Origin: an uncultured Rhodospirillales bacterium
GTDB lineage: Bacteria; Pseudomonadota; Alphaproteobacteria; Rhodospirillales; UBA2165
Assembly: GCA_913055735.1 (NCBI GenBank)
Contig: CAJXKD010000003.1
Span: 6,561 to 70,560 of the forward strand
Length of the DNA: 64,000 nucleotides
Reading direction: 5' to 3'
The notes below the pieces were generated by a model. It searched no databases. It was not told the DNA's origin and saw only the letters and a program-made list of their open reading frames with translations. Positions 32,372 to 41,259 of the stretch are shown here, piece by piece (position 1 is the first letter of the stretch; every line of letters begins with the position of its first letter). Made by a program: the position numbers and the translations under genes.

Positions 32372-32393
32372 GGCCCGCTTCGGCGGGCTTTTT
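32372..32393 (+). terminator. Rho-independent terminator
   Basis: gcccgc-ttcg-gcgggc GC-rich stem with a tetraloop, followed by TTTTT. Confidence 0.8.
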
Positions 32394-32426
32394 CATGCCT
32401 GAAAAGGTGTGTTCCATTTTGTCAGT

Positions 32427-33554
32427 TTATTGGCCTGGTTTTATTGGCCTGGTCTGAAAGAACGGATCGAACGGTTTCAAAACCGGGACGGGCCGCAAAG
32501 TAACATCTTGGCTTTCCGCAGCAAACTCTTGGAACCAACTCAGCACCCGATCCAGCTTCTCGTAAAATGGGCTCTCCAAGGTGACAACCGCTTCTGGATC
32601 AAACGGGCCTGTTTCTGAAACAAGTGAACCTGTAAATGAATCCCAATGAATCGGAACAACCCACTTTGCCTTGGTGGCAAGCACCGTATTCTTCCAATAT
32701 TCTCGGGCTTTTTCTTTACACGTAAATCCCAATGCACCCACGCCTAAGAATATGGTGTCTGTCTCGAAACGCTTTGCATCGAGCTTTCCACTTATGTCCC
32801 CTGCCGTTGGCACGATCAGAATAGAGCCCTGTCGCAATTTCAAATGAGCCGCGACACTCACCCCCAGTTTCATCTGCGTGACTCTTGCCGGGAAAGTCCA
32901 ATCCGGGTCGGCCATGGCATTTTCCAAAATCTTGGAACCGAGATTATCTGAATGGGGGACCGTTACCAGCGTCACTAAAATTGGATGATAATCATCAAAT
33001 GTGAATTGCTTCGATTCTTCATCCAAAGGCTCATAGCTAATTTGCCCGCAACTGTCCGGGAGAAAACGCTTTGTTCGATCCGCTATTTGATTAACAACCG
33101 GACCGCCAACCAATGTTGCCCCCGTCACGCAAGCGATAAAGGGACTGTCCATTGCATGATCAAAATGGCCATGCATCACAAATACGGCGTCAAGATTGTC
33201 TTTGGCCGACGTCGAACCATCGCATCCTTCACTTAGCTGTACATCCATCGCGCACAAAGTCTTTTTGATCCGCGCCGGCGCCGGGGCGATCCGTTTGAAC
33301 AAAAAATTGTCGGGGCGGCTTAAATAGCCATCAATCATGATGGTTGCATCGCCATCTTTGATCAGAAAGCTGGAGACCCCTAAGAAGCGGACTGTGGCCC
33401 CTTGGTGAGATTGCCCGATTCCGTCGGGTTTATTGGAAGGATCATTCCAGAATTTACGGAATTCAGCGCCGCAGCCCGAAAGAAAAGCGAGGACTATTCC
33501 AATTAGTATGAGTTTAGACGTCCGCACATTGGCCGCCAAGAATATGCCCATCAA
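32427..33554 (-). CDS. MBL-fold metallo-hydrolase, lipoprotein/secreted
   Basis: HxHxDH-type motif VFVMHGHFDHAMD. N-terminal signal with lipobox (LIGIVLAFLSGC). GC is noticeably lower: 28 G+C in the 60-nt line I counted at 32641. Confidence 0.75.
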   Translation of the reverse strand: MMGIFLAANVRTSKLILIGIVLAFLSGCGAEFRKFWNDPSNKPDGIGQSHQGATVRFLGVSSFLIKDGDATIMIDGYLSRPDNFLFKRIAPAPARIKKTLCAMDVQLSEGCDGSTSAKDNLDAVFVMHGHFDHAMDSPFIACVTGATLVGGPVVNQIADRTKRFLPDSCGQISYEPLDEESKQFTFDDYHPILVTLVTVPHSDNLGSKILENAMADPDWTFPARVTQMKLGVSVAAHLKLRQGSILIVPTAGDISGKLDAKRFETDTIFLGVGALGFTCKEKAREYWKNTVLATKAKWVVPIHWDSFTGSLVSETGPFDPEAVVTLESPFYEKLDRVLSWFQEFAAESQDVTLRPVPVLKPFDPFFQTRPIKPGQ

Positions 33555-33860
33555 GAGTCCCCTCTTTGGGCTCGTTACATCCGCCCCAATTGCACAATTA
33601 AGAACAACACTTATTATGGGTAGTTCTGCACATTAATTCGGCTGATACTAGCGACATAATCGTTGCCGAAACGGCGGGCCAAAATCCGGGGTCAGGCAAG
33701 TCCTGGTTGTCGCGTAATTTCCCTCCGGGTCGTCGCTGGAACAGAACGATACTGTGTGGGAAGGCTTGCTGCTTCCAAAATCTCGTTGATATCGATCAAG
33801 GAACGGGTGTCCACTGCTCCGCTATCCTATGGCGATAAAACAAAGAGACAGGGTACGCGT

Positions 33861-34709
33861 ATGGTGAGCGAAGAGAGGCCCGCGCTTAGCGCGGTGACGC
33901 CGGCAAATCCGGGATCAAGCCAAACGGCCGGTTCCAAACAGCCGGGCGTGAACAAGGTGTCGGTCGACGACGTGCTGGAAGTCTTGGCGATCGGGTTCCG
34001 GGATTTCCGGACGGCGCCGCAATATGGATTGTTTTTCAGCGGCATCTATACGGTCGGCGGCTGGCTATTGATCCTGTTGCTGGTGCGTTTCGATCTGCCG
34101 TTCCTGGTCTATCCCTTGGCGGCGGGCTTCGCTCTGATCGCACCCTTTATCGCCAGCGGTTTCTATGTCGTGAGCCGGGGGCTCGAACCCGGCGGGTTGG
34201 GGGCGGATCAACGGCTCTCCTGGATCCTTGTTTTCGCCACCGTGCGGTCCATGTTCAGCCGCGATCTCGGCTGGATGGCCCTGGTGACAGGTTTTTCGCT
34301 GTTTATCTGGTTGGACATCGCGGCGCTGTTGTCCTTCGGCTTCATGGGCTTCCGGCTGTTCAGCTTTTCCGAGCTCCTCGACGTGATCTTCACCACCCCC
34401 ACCGGCTGGCTGTTCCTGTTGGTCGGCAATGCGGCGGGCGCGGCGATCGCCTTCAGTGTCTTTTCCTACTCCGTCGTCTCCATCCCCATGCTGTTCGACC
34501 GCGATATCGATTTCATCACCGCCATGCTGACCTCCGTGCGCTTTGTCGTCCTCAACCCCCGGGTGATGGCGGTCTGGTGCGTGATCATCGCTGTCCTTGT
34601 CGGGCTATCGCTACTGTCGGGACTGGTCGGCCTGTTGGTGGTGCTACCGGTGCTCGGCCACGCCACCTGGCATCTGTATCGCCGCGGCGTCGCGCCCGCG
34701 AATGTATGA
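33861..34709 (+). CDS. integral membrane protein (DUF2189-like)
   Basis: ATG 33861 (MVSEERP) is preferred over the tracked 33663 start. Several TM helices. GFALIAPFIASGFYVVSRGLEPG resembles, from memory, the conserved loop of the DUF2189 family. Confidence 0.55.
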   Translation: MVSEERPALSAVTPANPGSSQTAGSKQPGVNKVSVDDVLEVLAIGFRDFRTAPQYGLFFSGIYTVGGWLLILLLVRFDLPFLVYPLAAGFALIAPFIASGFYVVSRGLEPGGLGADQRLSWILVFATVRSMFSRDLGWMALVTGFSLFIWLDIAALLSFGFMGFRLFSFSELLDVIFTTPTGWLFLLVGNAAGAAIAFSVFSYSVVSIPMLFDRDIDFITAMLTSVRFVVLNPRVMAVWCVIIAVLVGLSLLSGLVGLLVVLPVLGHATWHLYRRGVAPANV

Positions 34710-34781
34710 TGTGGAATTGACCGCCGTCATTGCACGGGCCCAAAAACTCACTATTTTGGGCGGCAATCAGACGAGGTATTC

Positions 34782-35048
34782 ATGAACCATCATCACCGCA
34801 AAATACTCCACGCCCTGTTCGCTCATCCGGTCAACGCCAACATTGCCATGAAGGATGTCGAGAGCGTCCTGCGCGAGATCGGCGCCGAGATCAACGAGGC
34901 GCACGCCGGTAAACTCCACGTGACGCTCAACGGTCACAGCGCGAACTTCTCCCACGCCCAACACAGCCTGCCCAAGACCGAGGTGACGCAGATCCGGAAA
35001 TTCATCGAGACCTGCGGGATCGATCCGGAGCGCGACTATCCGCTCTGA
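34782..35048 (+). CDS. small hypothetical protein (88 aa), possibly HicA-like fold
   Basis: GAGG RBS 5 nt upstream of the ATG. His-rich, with a pattern loosely reminiscent of HicA (..L..LG......G.H..........H). No partner gene present. Function is not supported. Confidence 0.4.
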   Translation: MNHHHRKILHALFAHPVNANIAMKDVESVLREIGAEINEAHAGKLHVTLNGHSANFSHAQHSLPKTEVTQIRKFIETCGIDPERDYPL

Positions 35049-35060
35049 GCGCGAGCGCCC

Positions 35061-35675
35061 TTATCTGAGGCGCTTGATGTCCTCGGGCTGACTAATCGTC
35101 ACGTCCAGATCCTGAACCAAGCCGTCGGCGATGGCATAGACCCAGCCATGGACATGGAGTTCCTGGCCGCGGGCCCAGGCCTCCTGCACGAACACGTCGG
35201 TCGCGACGTTGCGCACCTGGCGGATGACGTTGAGCTCGCACAGGCGGTTGAGGCGCGCGTGCTCGTTGGGCAACGCTTCGAGTTCCTGGCGGTAATCGTG
35301 CCACACCTCGCGGATCGGATGCAGCCAGTGATCGACGAGGCCACGGCGCTGATTGTCGACGGCCGCCGCGACGCCGCCGCAGCCGTAATGGCCGACCACG
35401 AGGATATGTTTCACCCTGAGGACCTCGACGGCGAATTGCAGGACGGAGAGGTAGTTGGCGTCCTGCGGCGGGGCCAGGTTGGCGACGTTACGGTGGACGA
35501 ACAGTTCCCCGGGATCGAGGCCGACGATCTCGTTGGCGGGGACCCGGCTGTCGGCGCAGCCGATCCACAGATATTCGGGCGTCTGTTGACGCTCCAGCCG
35601 TTTGAAGAAGTCGCTGTCGGTGGCGACTTTGCCCTCGGCCCAGGCGCGGTTTTTGGCTTTCAGGTGATCCAGCAT
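35061..35675 (-). CDS. can: beta-class carbonic anhydrase
   Basis: Zn-ligand motifs CADSRV and HYGCGG, plus the N-terminal NRAWA...DFF..L...Q.P..LWIGC pattern typical of Can/CynT-type enzymes. Confidence 0.92.
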   Translation of the reverse strand: MLDHLKAKNRAWAEGKVATDSDFFKRLERQQTPEYLWIGCADSRVPANEIVGLDPGELFVHRNVANLAPPQDANYLSVLQFAVEVLRVKHILVVGHYGCGGVAAAVDNQRRGLVDHWLHPIREVWHDYRQELEALPNEHARLNRLCELNVIRQVRNVATDVFVQEAWARGQELHVHGWVYAIADGLVQDLDVTISQPEDIKRLR

Positions 35676-35776
35676 AGGTATCCCAAACAGTTGGTATCTC
35701 CGTCACTTGCGGGATCAAGCGGCGGAGGTCAAGTCCGTGATTATTCTAGGATAGTTTCTGTGTACTGGGATACCGA

Positions 35777-36277
35777 TTAGAAAGCCAGATCGTCCATCAC
35801 CGCATCGATGCCGGCGCGGCCGCATTTGTCGTCCAGTTCGCCCGATGGCGCGCCGGAAACCCCCACGGCACCGATGATCGATCCCGCGGCTTCGACCGGC
35901 ACGCCGCCGCCCAGCATCAACGCATCGGTAATGAAGTTGGCGCCATAGGCTTCTGAGCCCGGCTTCGTGTTTTCGGTGAGGCTCAGCGTGTCGGCGCGGA
36001 AACTCACCGCCGTCCAGGCTTTGCGGCGCGCGGTTTCCGGCGTGTGCGGCCCGGCGAACCGGTCGCGGATCATCACCTGCAACGTGCCGAACCGGTCGAC
36101 CACCGCGACGGCGATCTGGGCGCCTTCGTCGCGGCAGGCTTCCAGCGCGCCCTGTGCCAGCCTGACGGCGACCTCGGGTTTCATGACGTTAAACGAAACG
36201 AGCGCGTCGTCCTGTGCTTTCGCGCCGGTGGCGGCCAAAATTCCCAGTGCCGAAATGGCCAAGAGCGTTTTTCTCAT
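35777..36277 (-). CDS. GlcG/HbpS-like (DUF336) haem-binding protein, periplasmic
   Basis: Signal peptide MRKTLLAISALGILAATGAKA. Conserved AVAVVDRFG...R......A..KA.TA and GGGVPV...G.IIGAVGVSGAPSGELDDKC. Confidence 0.8.
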   Translation of the reverse strand: MRKTLLAISALGILAATGAKAQDDALVSFNVMKPEVAVRLAQGALEACRDEGAQIAVAVVDRFGTLQVMIRDRFAGPHTPETARRKAWTAVSFRADTLSLTENTKPGSEAYGANFITDALMLGGGVPVEAAGSIIGAVGVSGAPSGELDDKCGRAGIDAVMDDLAF

Positions 36278-36295
36278 TTCAAGTCCTCCCCCGGT

Positions 36296-37384
36296 TCAAC
36301 GAACGGTTTCACGGTGCGCCGTCTTGAAGATGCCGACGATCGATCCTTCGAGCAGATAGGACAGCCCCAAACGGGCGCCCAAGGCGATGGAGATCATGAC
36401 CACCGGCGCCGAGACGGCGAGGGTCGAGGCAGCCGCTACGCCTTGCCCGATGGTGCAGCCCATGGCGAAGACGCCGCCGACGCCCATCAAAAAGGCGCCG
36501 ATGATATGGCGGCCCAGTTCGCGGGCGTCGTCACAGGCTTCCCAGCGGACGTCGTGTTTTTTCCAGGCGACCGCGGCGGCGCCGATGCCGACTCCGACGA
36601 CCATGCCGACGCCGTAATCGGGCGCGACACCGGTAAAGGCGAGGAACTGGATGATGACGTCCCCGACCGGCACCACGAAGGAGCCGGCCTCGAGCTGAAT
36701 GGGATCGAATGACGTCGCCGCCGCCCACGACGTGATCGCCCATCCGGCGGCGATCACCGCGCCGATGACGATTCCGGTGCCGATGTCGGCATAGCGCTGG
36801 CGGTAGCCGCGATTGAGAAAGATCCACAGCAACAACGCGGCGACGACGGCGACGGCCGTCATCAACCGGGCGTCGAAACCGAGGGCGGCCGAGATAAGGC
36901 TGCCGATGGATTGATCGCCCGCGAAACTCAGATCGAGGGCCAGATTGTCGACGATTTGGACACGCCCTTGGGCAACCAGGCCGCGTTGTGCGGCGATGGC
37001 GGAAAGGCCGAGGATGATCAAGGCAACCAGCGACCGGAGGCTGCCACCGCCGAGCCGCACGAGGGCGCCGAACCCACAGGTCCCGACGAGGGCCATCCCG
37101 AACCCGAATGCTAATCCGCCGAGGATGGCGCCGGTCCAGCCGAAGTTCGGATCGAGATAAAAAGTGCCAGATAGGTCGATAAGGCCCGTGAGGGTCATGG
37201 CCTGGGTAGCGATGATGGCAACTGTCGCGGCAAGGACCCAGGTCCGCAGCCGGGTGCCATCATTGGCGTACCAATAACGCTCGAGAGCCGCCATCGTGCA
37301 AAAATGATTGTGGCGCGCCACTGCACCGATAACGACCCCGACCAATCCACCCGCGACGGGCAGAATCCAGGCGGCATCTACCAT
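36296..37384 (-). CDS. YeeE/YedE-family sulfur-compound transporter
   Basis: Multi-TM protein with the repeated conserved Cys loops of the family: NHFCTMAALE, LVGTCGFGAL, AMGCTIGQG. It sits next to the sox regulon. Confidence 0.85.
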   Translation of the reverse strand: MVDAAWILPVAGGLVGVVIGAVARHNHFCTMAALERYWYANDGTRLRTWVLAATVAIIATQAMTLTGLIDLSGTFYLDPNFGWTGAILGGLAFGFGMALVGTCGFGALVRLGGGSLRSLVALIILGLSAIAAQRGLVAQGRVQIVDNLALDLSFAGDQSIGSLISAALGFDARLMTAVAVVAALLLWIFLNRGYRQRYADIGTGIVIGAVIAAGWAITSWAAATSFDPIQLEAGSFVVPVGDVIIQFLAFTGVAPDYGVGMVVGVGIGAAAVAWKKHDVRWEACDDARELGRHIIGAFLMGVGGVFAMGCTIGQGVAAASTLAVSAPVVMISIALGARLGLSYLLEGSIVGIFKTAHRETVR

Positions 37385-37494
37385 TCGTGTACCTCCAAGA
37401 GCGGGATTTATTATCCCTTTTTTCGGCAGGCTAAACGCTATTGCCGGACTTTGGCAACCATTGGGCGCAGGTCGGGCGCCTCGGCGCGCGGTTT

Positions 37495-37860
37495 TTATTC
37501 GGCCGCAACTTGTCCTTCGCGCAAGGGCTTGCAGAAAAACTCATAGAGCGTTTCCACAAGCTCGGATACTTCCTCGCTGGCGATGGAATAATAGATCATG
37601 CGGCCTTCACGCCGGGTATTGACCAGCCGGTCGAACCGTAGCCGTGCCAATTGCTGTGACACCGCCGCTTGCGGCATCGACATGATTTCCTCGAGCTCGG
37701 AAACCGATTTCTCGCCCTCGCTCAGCAAGCAAAGGATCAGCAGCCGGCTTTCGTGCGACAGCGCCTTAAGCAGGTCACTCGCTTTGCGCGCTTGATCGAT
37801 CAGCGAATCCATTTCTTCCGTCGATATGTCGAGGTTCAGATTGGGCATCGTTGGCGGCAT
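37495..37860 (-). CDS. soxR: ArsR/SmtB-family transcriptional repressor (SoxR-type)
   Basis: wHTH signature LLKALSHESRLLILCLLSEGEKSVSELEEIMSMPQAAVSQQLARLR...RREGRMIYYS. Its position next to soxS, divergent from soxV, matches the Paracoccus sox cluster. Confidence 0.85.
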   Translation of the reverse strand: MPPTMPNLNLDISTEEMDSLIDQARKASDLLKALSHESRLLILCLLSEGEKSVSELEEIMSMPQAAVSQQLARLRFDRLVNTRREGRMIYYSIASEEVSELVETLYEFFCKPLREGQVAAE

Positions 37861-37949
37861 AACCTATGTGTCTCTCAATGATCGCTTGGCCTCTCAGGCG
37901 GGGCCATCTTATTAGAGTTCACTCAATTATAGCAAAACCCGCCGGGTAA

Positions 37950-38327
37950 TCACGGCAGTTTTGCAAGCATTTCGCCCAGCATGGGCCAGAAGAAATGGTC
38001 CCCGGGATAGCCCCGTAATCTAGCTATTTCCTGGCCGTTTTCGACCAAAATGAACGTCGGGGTATAGATATCCCCGGAAATCTCCTTGAGGTCCGCTGGC
38101 CAAATCTTCGTTATGTCAACGCGCCGGAGTGGGGCCCGCCGGCCTTCCTCGGTCTTGGGGTAGGCGGGCGCAATCTCTTCGTTCCAGCGGGCGCACCACC
38201 TGCAGCCCGGTTGTTCCAACATGATCAGTTCTGCCGCGCGGACAGTCGCGCCAGCACCGCCCGGGCTGAGCGGCCCGAGCGTGACGGTGAGGGCGGCGGC
38301 AACCGCAAACGCCAATTTTCCGATCAT
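37950..38327 (-). CDS. soxS: periplasmic thioredoxin-like protein SoxS
   Basis: CxxC motif (QPGCRWCARW). Signal peptide from the internal ATG 38327 (MIGKLAFAVAAALTV...). The tracked ORF extends to 38354 but has no RBS there. Confidence 0.8.
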   Translation of the reverse strand: MIGKLAFAVAAALTVTLGPLSPGGAGATVRAAELIMLEQPGCRWCARWNEEIAPAYPKTEEGRRAPLRRVDITKIWPADLKEISGDIYTPTFILVENGQEIARLRGYPGDHFFWPMLGEMLAKLP

Positions 38328-38351
38328 TGCCCCATTCGCGTTGTTGCTACA

Positions 38352-38371
38352 CATATGAAATATCGAATATG
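38352..38371. promoter_or_regulatory. candidate operator dyad in the divergent soxS/soxV intergenic region
   Basis: CATATgaaATATcgaATATG: an imperfect AT-rich inverted repeat (CATAT-N10-ATATG) in an otherwise GC-rich locus. ArsR-type SoxR is known to bind the soxS-soxV intergenic region in Paracoccus. This assignment is inference only. Confidence 0.3.
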
Positions 38372-38444
38372 TTGGCGTCTGTCGAGATGATTGGCTGATA
38401 CCGGAACGGAATCATGGCCAGCTTCGCTTTGGGAGAGACAGATT

Positions 38445-39179
38445 ATGCTGGATGCCAGCTTTGGCGGCGCATTCTTAGCCGGCCTTATTTCATTCGTCTC
38501 GCCCTGCGTTCTCCCCATCGTACCGCCCTATCTGGCGTACCTCGCCGGCATGACTTTCGAGGAACTCAAAAGCGACGCCAAATCCGCTGCATCGGCGCGG
38601 ATGATCATCATCTCGGCGGTCGCCTTCGTGCTCGGCTTCACGACGATATTTGTCGGCCTCGGCGCCACGGCGAGTGTAATCGGCCAATCGATCGCCCGTT
38701 ATTTCGATACGCTGTCGATTGTCGCCGGCGTCATCATCATCGTCATGGGGCTCCATTTCCTCGGTATCTTCCGGATCAGCTGGCTGTACCGCGAAGCACG
38801 ATTTCAGATGGCGTCCAAACCGGCGGGCCTGTTGGGTGCCTACATCATGGGGCTCGCCTTCGCCTTCGGTTGGACACCCTGCGTCGGTCCGGTGCTCGCC
38901 GCGATCTTGTTCGTCGCCGGCGCGGAGGATACGGCGGCGCGCGGGGCGGCCCTGCTGGCGGCCTATTCAGTGGGGATCGGCATTCCGTTTTTGCTCGCCG
39001 CTGTTTTCGCGGGGCGGTTCATCGATTGGGCAGCCAAATTCCGCAGGCATCTGCATCGGGTGGAGATGGCCATGGGTGGCATCCTGATCGTCACCGGGGT
39101 GCTGTTCATCACGGGCCAGATGTCGGCGATCGCCAACTGGCTTCTCGAAACCTTTCCTATGTTTTCAAATCTTGGATGA
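38445..39179 (+). CDS. soxV: CcdA/DsbD-family thiol-disulfide transporter SoxV
   Basis: ATG 38445 with a GGGAGAG RBS. Motif FVSPCVLPIVPPYL and a second Cys in GWTPCVGPVLA. Six-TM pattern. Confidence 0.88.
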   Translation: MLDASFGGAFLAGLISFVSPCVLPIVPPYLAYLAGMTFEELKSDAKSAASARMIIISAVAFVLGFTTIFVGLGATASVIGQSIARYFDTLSIVAGVIIIVMGLHFLGIFRISWLYREARFQMASKPAGLLGAYIMGLAFAFGWTPCVGPVLAAILFVAGAEDTAARGAALLAAYSVGIGIPFLLAAVFAGRFIDWAAKFRRHLHRVEMAMGGILIVTGVLFITGQMSAIANWLLETFPMFSNLG

Positions 39180-39190
39180 GGACAACGGTA

Positions 39191-39775
39191 ATGTTGCACA
39201 GATTATTGATCGCGGTTGCTCTGATCGCCTTTGCGTCGCCAAGCTGGGCGGCAACGCTGGGCGAGGACGGTTTGCACAAAGAAGATTGGTTTTCGATCAC
39301 GTTCCGCGACATCGGCGAGGACATCGAGGCCGCCGCGGAAGAGGGTAAGCGGCTGGTGCTCATCTTCGAACAGCGCGGCTGCATCTACTGCAAAAAGGTT
39401 CATGAAGAAGTACTGAGCGATCCGAGGGTTCGCGACTACATCAAGGCCAATTACAAGGTCGTTCAATACAATCTTTACGGGGACGAGGAGGTGACCGACC
39501 TCGACGGGTCGACGCTGACCGAGAAAACCGCGGGCCGTAAGTGGGGCATCGTGTTCACCCCGACGATCTTATTCATGCCGGAAAAAGTTCCCGAAGGACT
39601 GACCGCGGCGCAGGCCGCCGTCGCCACCATGCCCGGCGCGTTCGGAAAGGGAACCTTCCTCGATATGTTCACCTGGGTGCGGGAAAAAATTTACGAAACC
39701 GATGAGGATTTTCAGCGCTATCACGCGCGTCGAATTCGTGAGCGCCAGGCAAAGGGCAGTAAGAGCGCCGACTGA
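39191..39775 (+). CDS. soxW: periplasmic thioredoxin SoxW
   Basis: ATG 39191 gives the signal peptide MLHRLLIAVALIAFASPSWA. CxxC motif in EQRGCIYCKK. The tracked ORF 38414..39775 fuses this gene to an out-of-frame read through soxV. Confidence 0.85.
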   Translation: MLHRLLIAVALIAFASPSWAATLGEDGLHKEDWFSITFRDIGEDIEAAAEEGKRLVLIFEQRGCIYCKKVHEEVLSDPRVRDYIKANYKVVQYNLYGDEEVTDLDGSTLTEKTAGRKWGIVFTPTILFMPEKVPEGLTAAQAAVATMPGAFGKGTFLDMFTWVREKIYETDEDFQRYHARRIRERQAKGSKSAD

Positions 39776-39825
39776 TCCGAAGCAGCGGGCGAGGACATAG
39801 CCATTCCGGAAACAGATACAACATA

Positions 39826-39852
39826 TTCAAAAATTGCAATTTATGCATTGAA
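39826..39852. promoter_or_regulatory. AT-rich dyad upstream of soxX (candidate operator/promoter element)
   Basis: TTCAA-N17-TTGAA with an inner TGCAatttaTGCA, in the soxW-soxX gap. The analogous gap is a second SoxR target in Paracoccus. Inference only. Confidence 0.2.
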
Positions 39853-39928
39853 GGGGTTATCCATCGCCGCTACCATAGTCGACGACCTGCCCAAAAAGGG
39901 TAGGGGCAAAACAGGGAATGTGTGCCTC

Positions 39929-40387
39929 ATGTTTTTAACGAGAGTTGTTTTTGCGGCGGCGTTGCTGTTGGTCGGAGCCTCCTCGGTTCAGGCCATGGAC
40001 CTCTCGCCGGACGCAGTAAAGATCGAAGATGACGCCATAGAGGTGTCGTTGACCGGTAAGGAAGGCGATCCTGCGGCGGGTCGGAAGTATTTCGCCAACC
40101 GCAAGCTGGGAAACTGCCTAGCCTGTCACGCCAACAAGGAAATGAGCGAGCATCTGTTCCATGGTGAAGTAGGGCCGCCGTTGGACGGCGTCGCGGAGCG
40201 GTACACCCCTGAAGAGCTTCGGGCAATCGTCGTCAATTCGAAGGCCGTCTTCGGACCGGAAACGGTCATGCCCGGCTTTTATTCGTTGGATGTCGGGAAA
40301 GACGTCCGCAAGGACTTGGTGGGTAAGACGATCCTGACCGCGGAAGAAGTAGAAAGCATCGTCGCCTATTTGGTGACGCTGAAATGA
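39929..40387 (+). CDS. soxX: monohaem cytochrome c SoxX
   Basis: Signal peptide from ATG 39929 (MFLTRVVFAAALLLVGASSVQA). Haem motif CLACH. Its position is immediately upstream of soxYZ. Confidence 0.9.
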   Translation: MFLTRVVFAAALLLVGASSVQAMDLSPDAVKIEDDAIEVSLTGKEGDPAAGRKYFANRKLGNCLACHANKEMSEHLFHGEVGPPLDGVAERYTPEELRAIVVNSKAVFGPETVMPGFYSLDVGKDVRKDLVGKTILTAEEVESIVAYLVTLK

Positions 40388-40413
40388 AGCAAGAATTTGG
40401 AAGGAGAACGTCG

Positions 40414-40869
40414 ATGAACCTGTCACGACGCCAGGTGCTGACATTGTCCGCGAGCGCGGTTGCCGTTGCGGCAACGGGACTCGGACCGTCCGTCGTCTTC
40501 GCGGACGCGGCGGCGACCGAGAAAAGTATTGCCGCTTTTACCGGCGGCAAATCGCCCGCGACCGGCAAGATTACCTTAAACGCGCCGGAAATCGCCGAAA
40601 ACGGGAATACGGTGCCGATTTCGGTATCCGTCGACAGCGAGATGACCAAGGACTCTTACGTACAGTCGGTCATGGTGCTGGCTGAAGGCAATCCGAACCC
40701 CGGTGTCATCACCTTCAACTTCTCTCCCATGAGCGGTGAGGCGACAGCAACAACCCGTATGCGGCTCGCCAAAACCCAGAACGTCGTGGCCATCGCCAAG
40801 ATGAACGACGGCTCGGTCTTTATGGACAAGAAATTGGTGAAGGTCACGATCGGCGGCTGCGGCGGCTGA
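40414..40869 (+). CDS. soxY: sulfur carrier protein SoxY
   Basis: Tat signal MNLSRRQVLTLSASAVAVAA. The diagnostic C-terminal GGCGG* swinging-arm motif is present. GGAAGGAG RBS. Confidence 0.95.
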   Translation: MNLSRRQVLTLSASAVAVAATGLGPSVVFADAAATEKSIAAFTGGKSPATGKITLNAPEIAENGNTVPISVSVDSEMTKDSYVQSVMVLAEGNPNPGVITFNFSPMSGEATATTRMRLAKTQNVVAIAKMNDGSVFMDKKLVKVTIGGCGG

Positions 40870-40891
40870 TCGGCAGACGAGGAACACGAAA

Positions 40892-41218
40892 ATGGCAAAG
40901 CCAAGACCACGCGTAAAGCTCCCCAAGACGGCCTCGGCCGGCGAGGTGATTACGATCAAGACGCTTATCAATCATGTGATGGAATCCGGCCAACGTAAGG
41001 ACAAAGAGGGCAAACCGATTCCGCGCCAGATCATCAACAAATTCACGTGCGAATTTAACGGGACCCCGGTTTTCTCCTGCGATATCGAGCCGGCGATTTC
41101 CGCCAATCCCTACTTCGAATTTACCGCCAAGGTGATGGAAAGCGGAAAATTCAAGTTCTCGTGGGTGGATGACAACGGCGAAACCTATACGCACGAGCAA
41201 GGCATCCAAATCAAATAA
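40892..41218 (+). CDS. soxZ: SoxZ (partner of SoxY)
   Basis: 108 aa directly after soxY. Conserved-looking N-terminus RVKLPKTASAGEVITIKTLI.H.MESG. Confidence 0.9.
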   Translation: MAKPRPRVKLPKTASAGEVITIKTLINHVMESGQRKDKEGKPIPRQIINKFTCEFNGTPVFSCDIEPAISANPYFEFTAKVMESGKFKFSWVDDNGETYTHEQGIQIK

Positions 41219-41259
41219 GGATATCCGCACGGAAAGATGTGGAGCCGACTGGAGGTATC

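Noticed and set aside
32002-32503. Short ORFs in the 32.0-32.4 kb gap (32002..32247 +, 32249..32503 +), plus a minus-strand stretch reading ...EKVIADLHSGRHATAEDGTCILECNLERHAPGVADRPIAMTASAVSDD* (about 32066-32243).
   Set aside because: The + ORFs run through the 54-nt repeat and the terminator. The minus-strand stretch looks protein-like but has no start codon or RBS and matches no family I recognise. At best it is a gene remnant, and I cannot support it.
38414-39190. Tracked 453-aa ORF 38414..39775, which suggests a large fusion protein.
   Set aside because: Its first 259 codons are an out-of-frame read through soxV (Arg-rich nonsense). The real gene is soxW, starting at ATG 39191 with a signal peptide.
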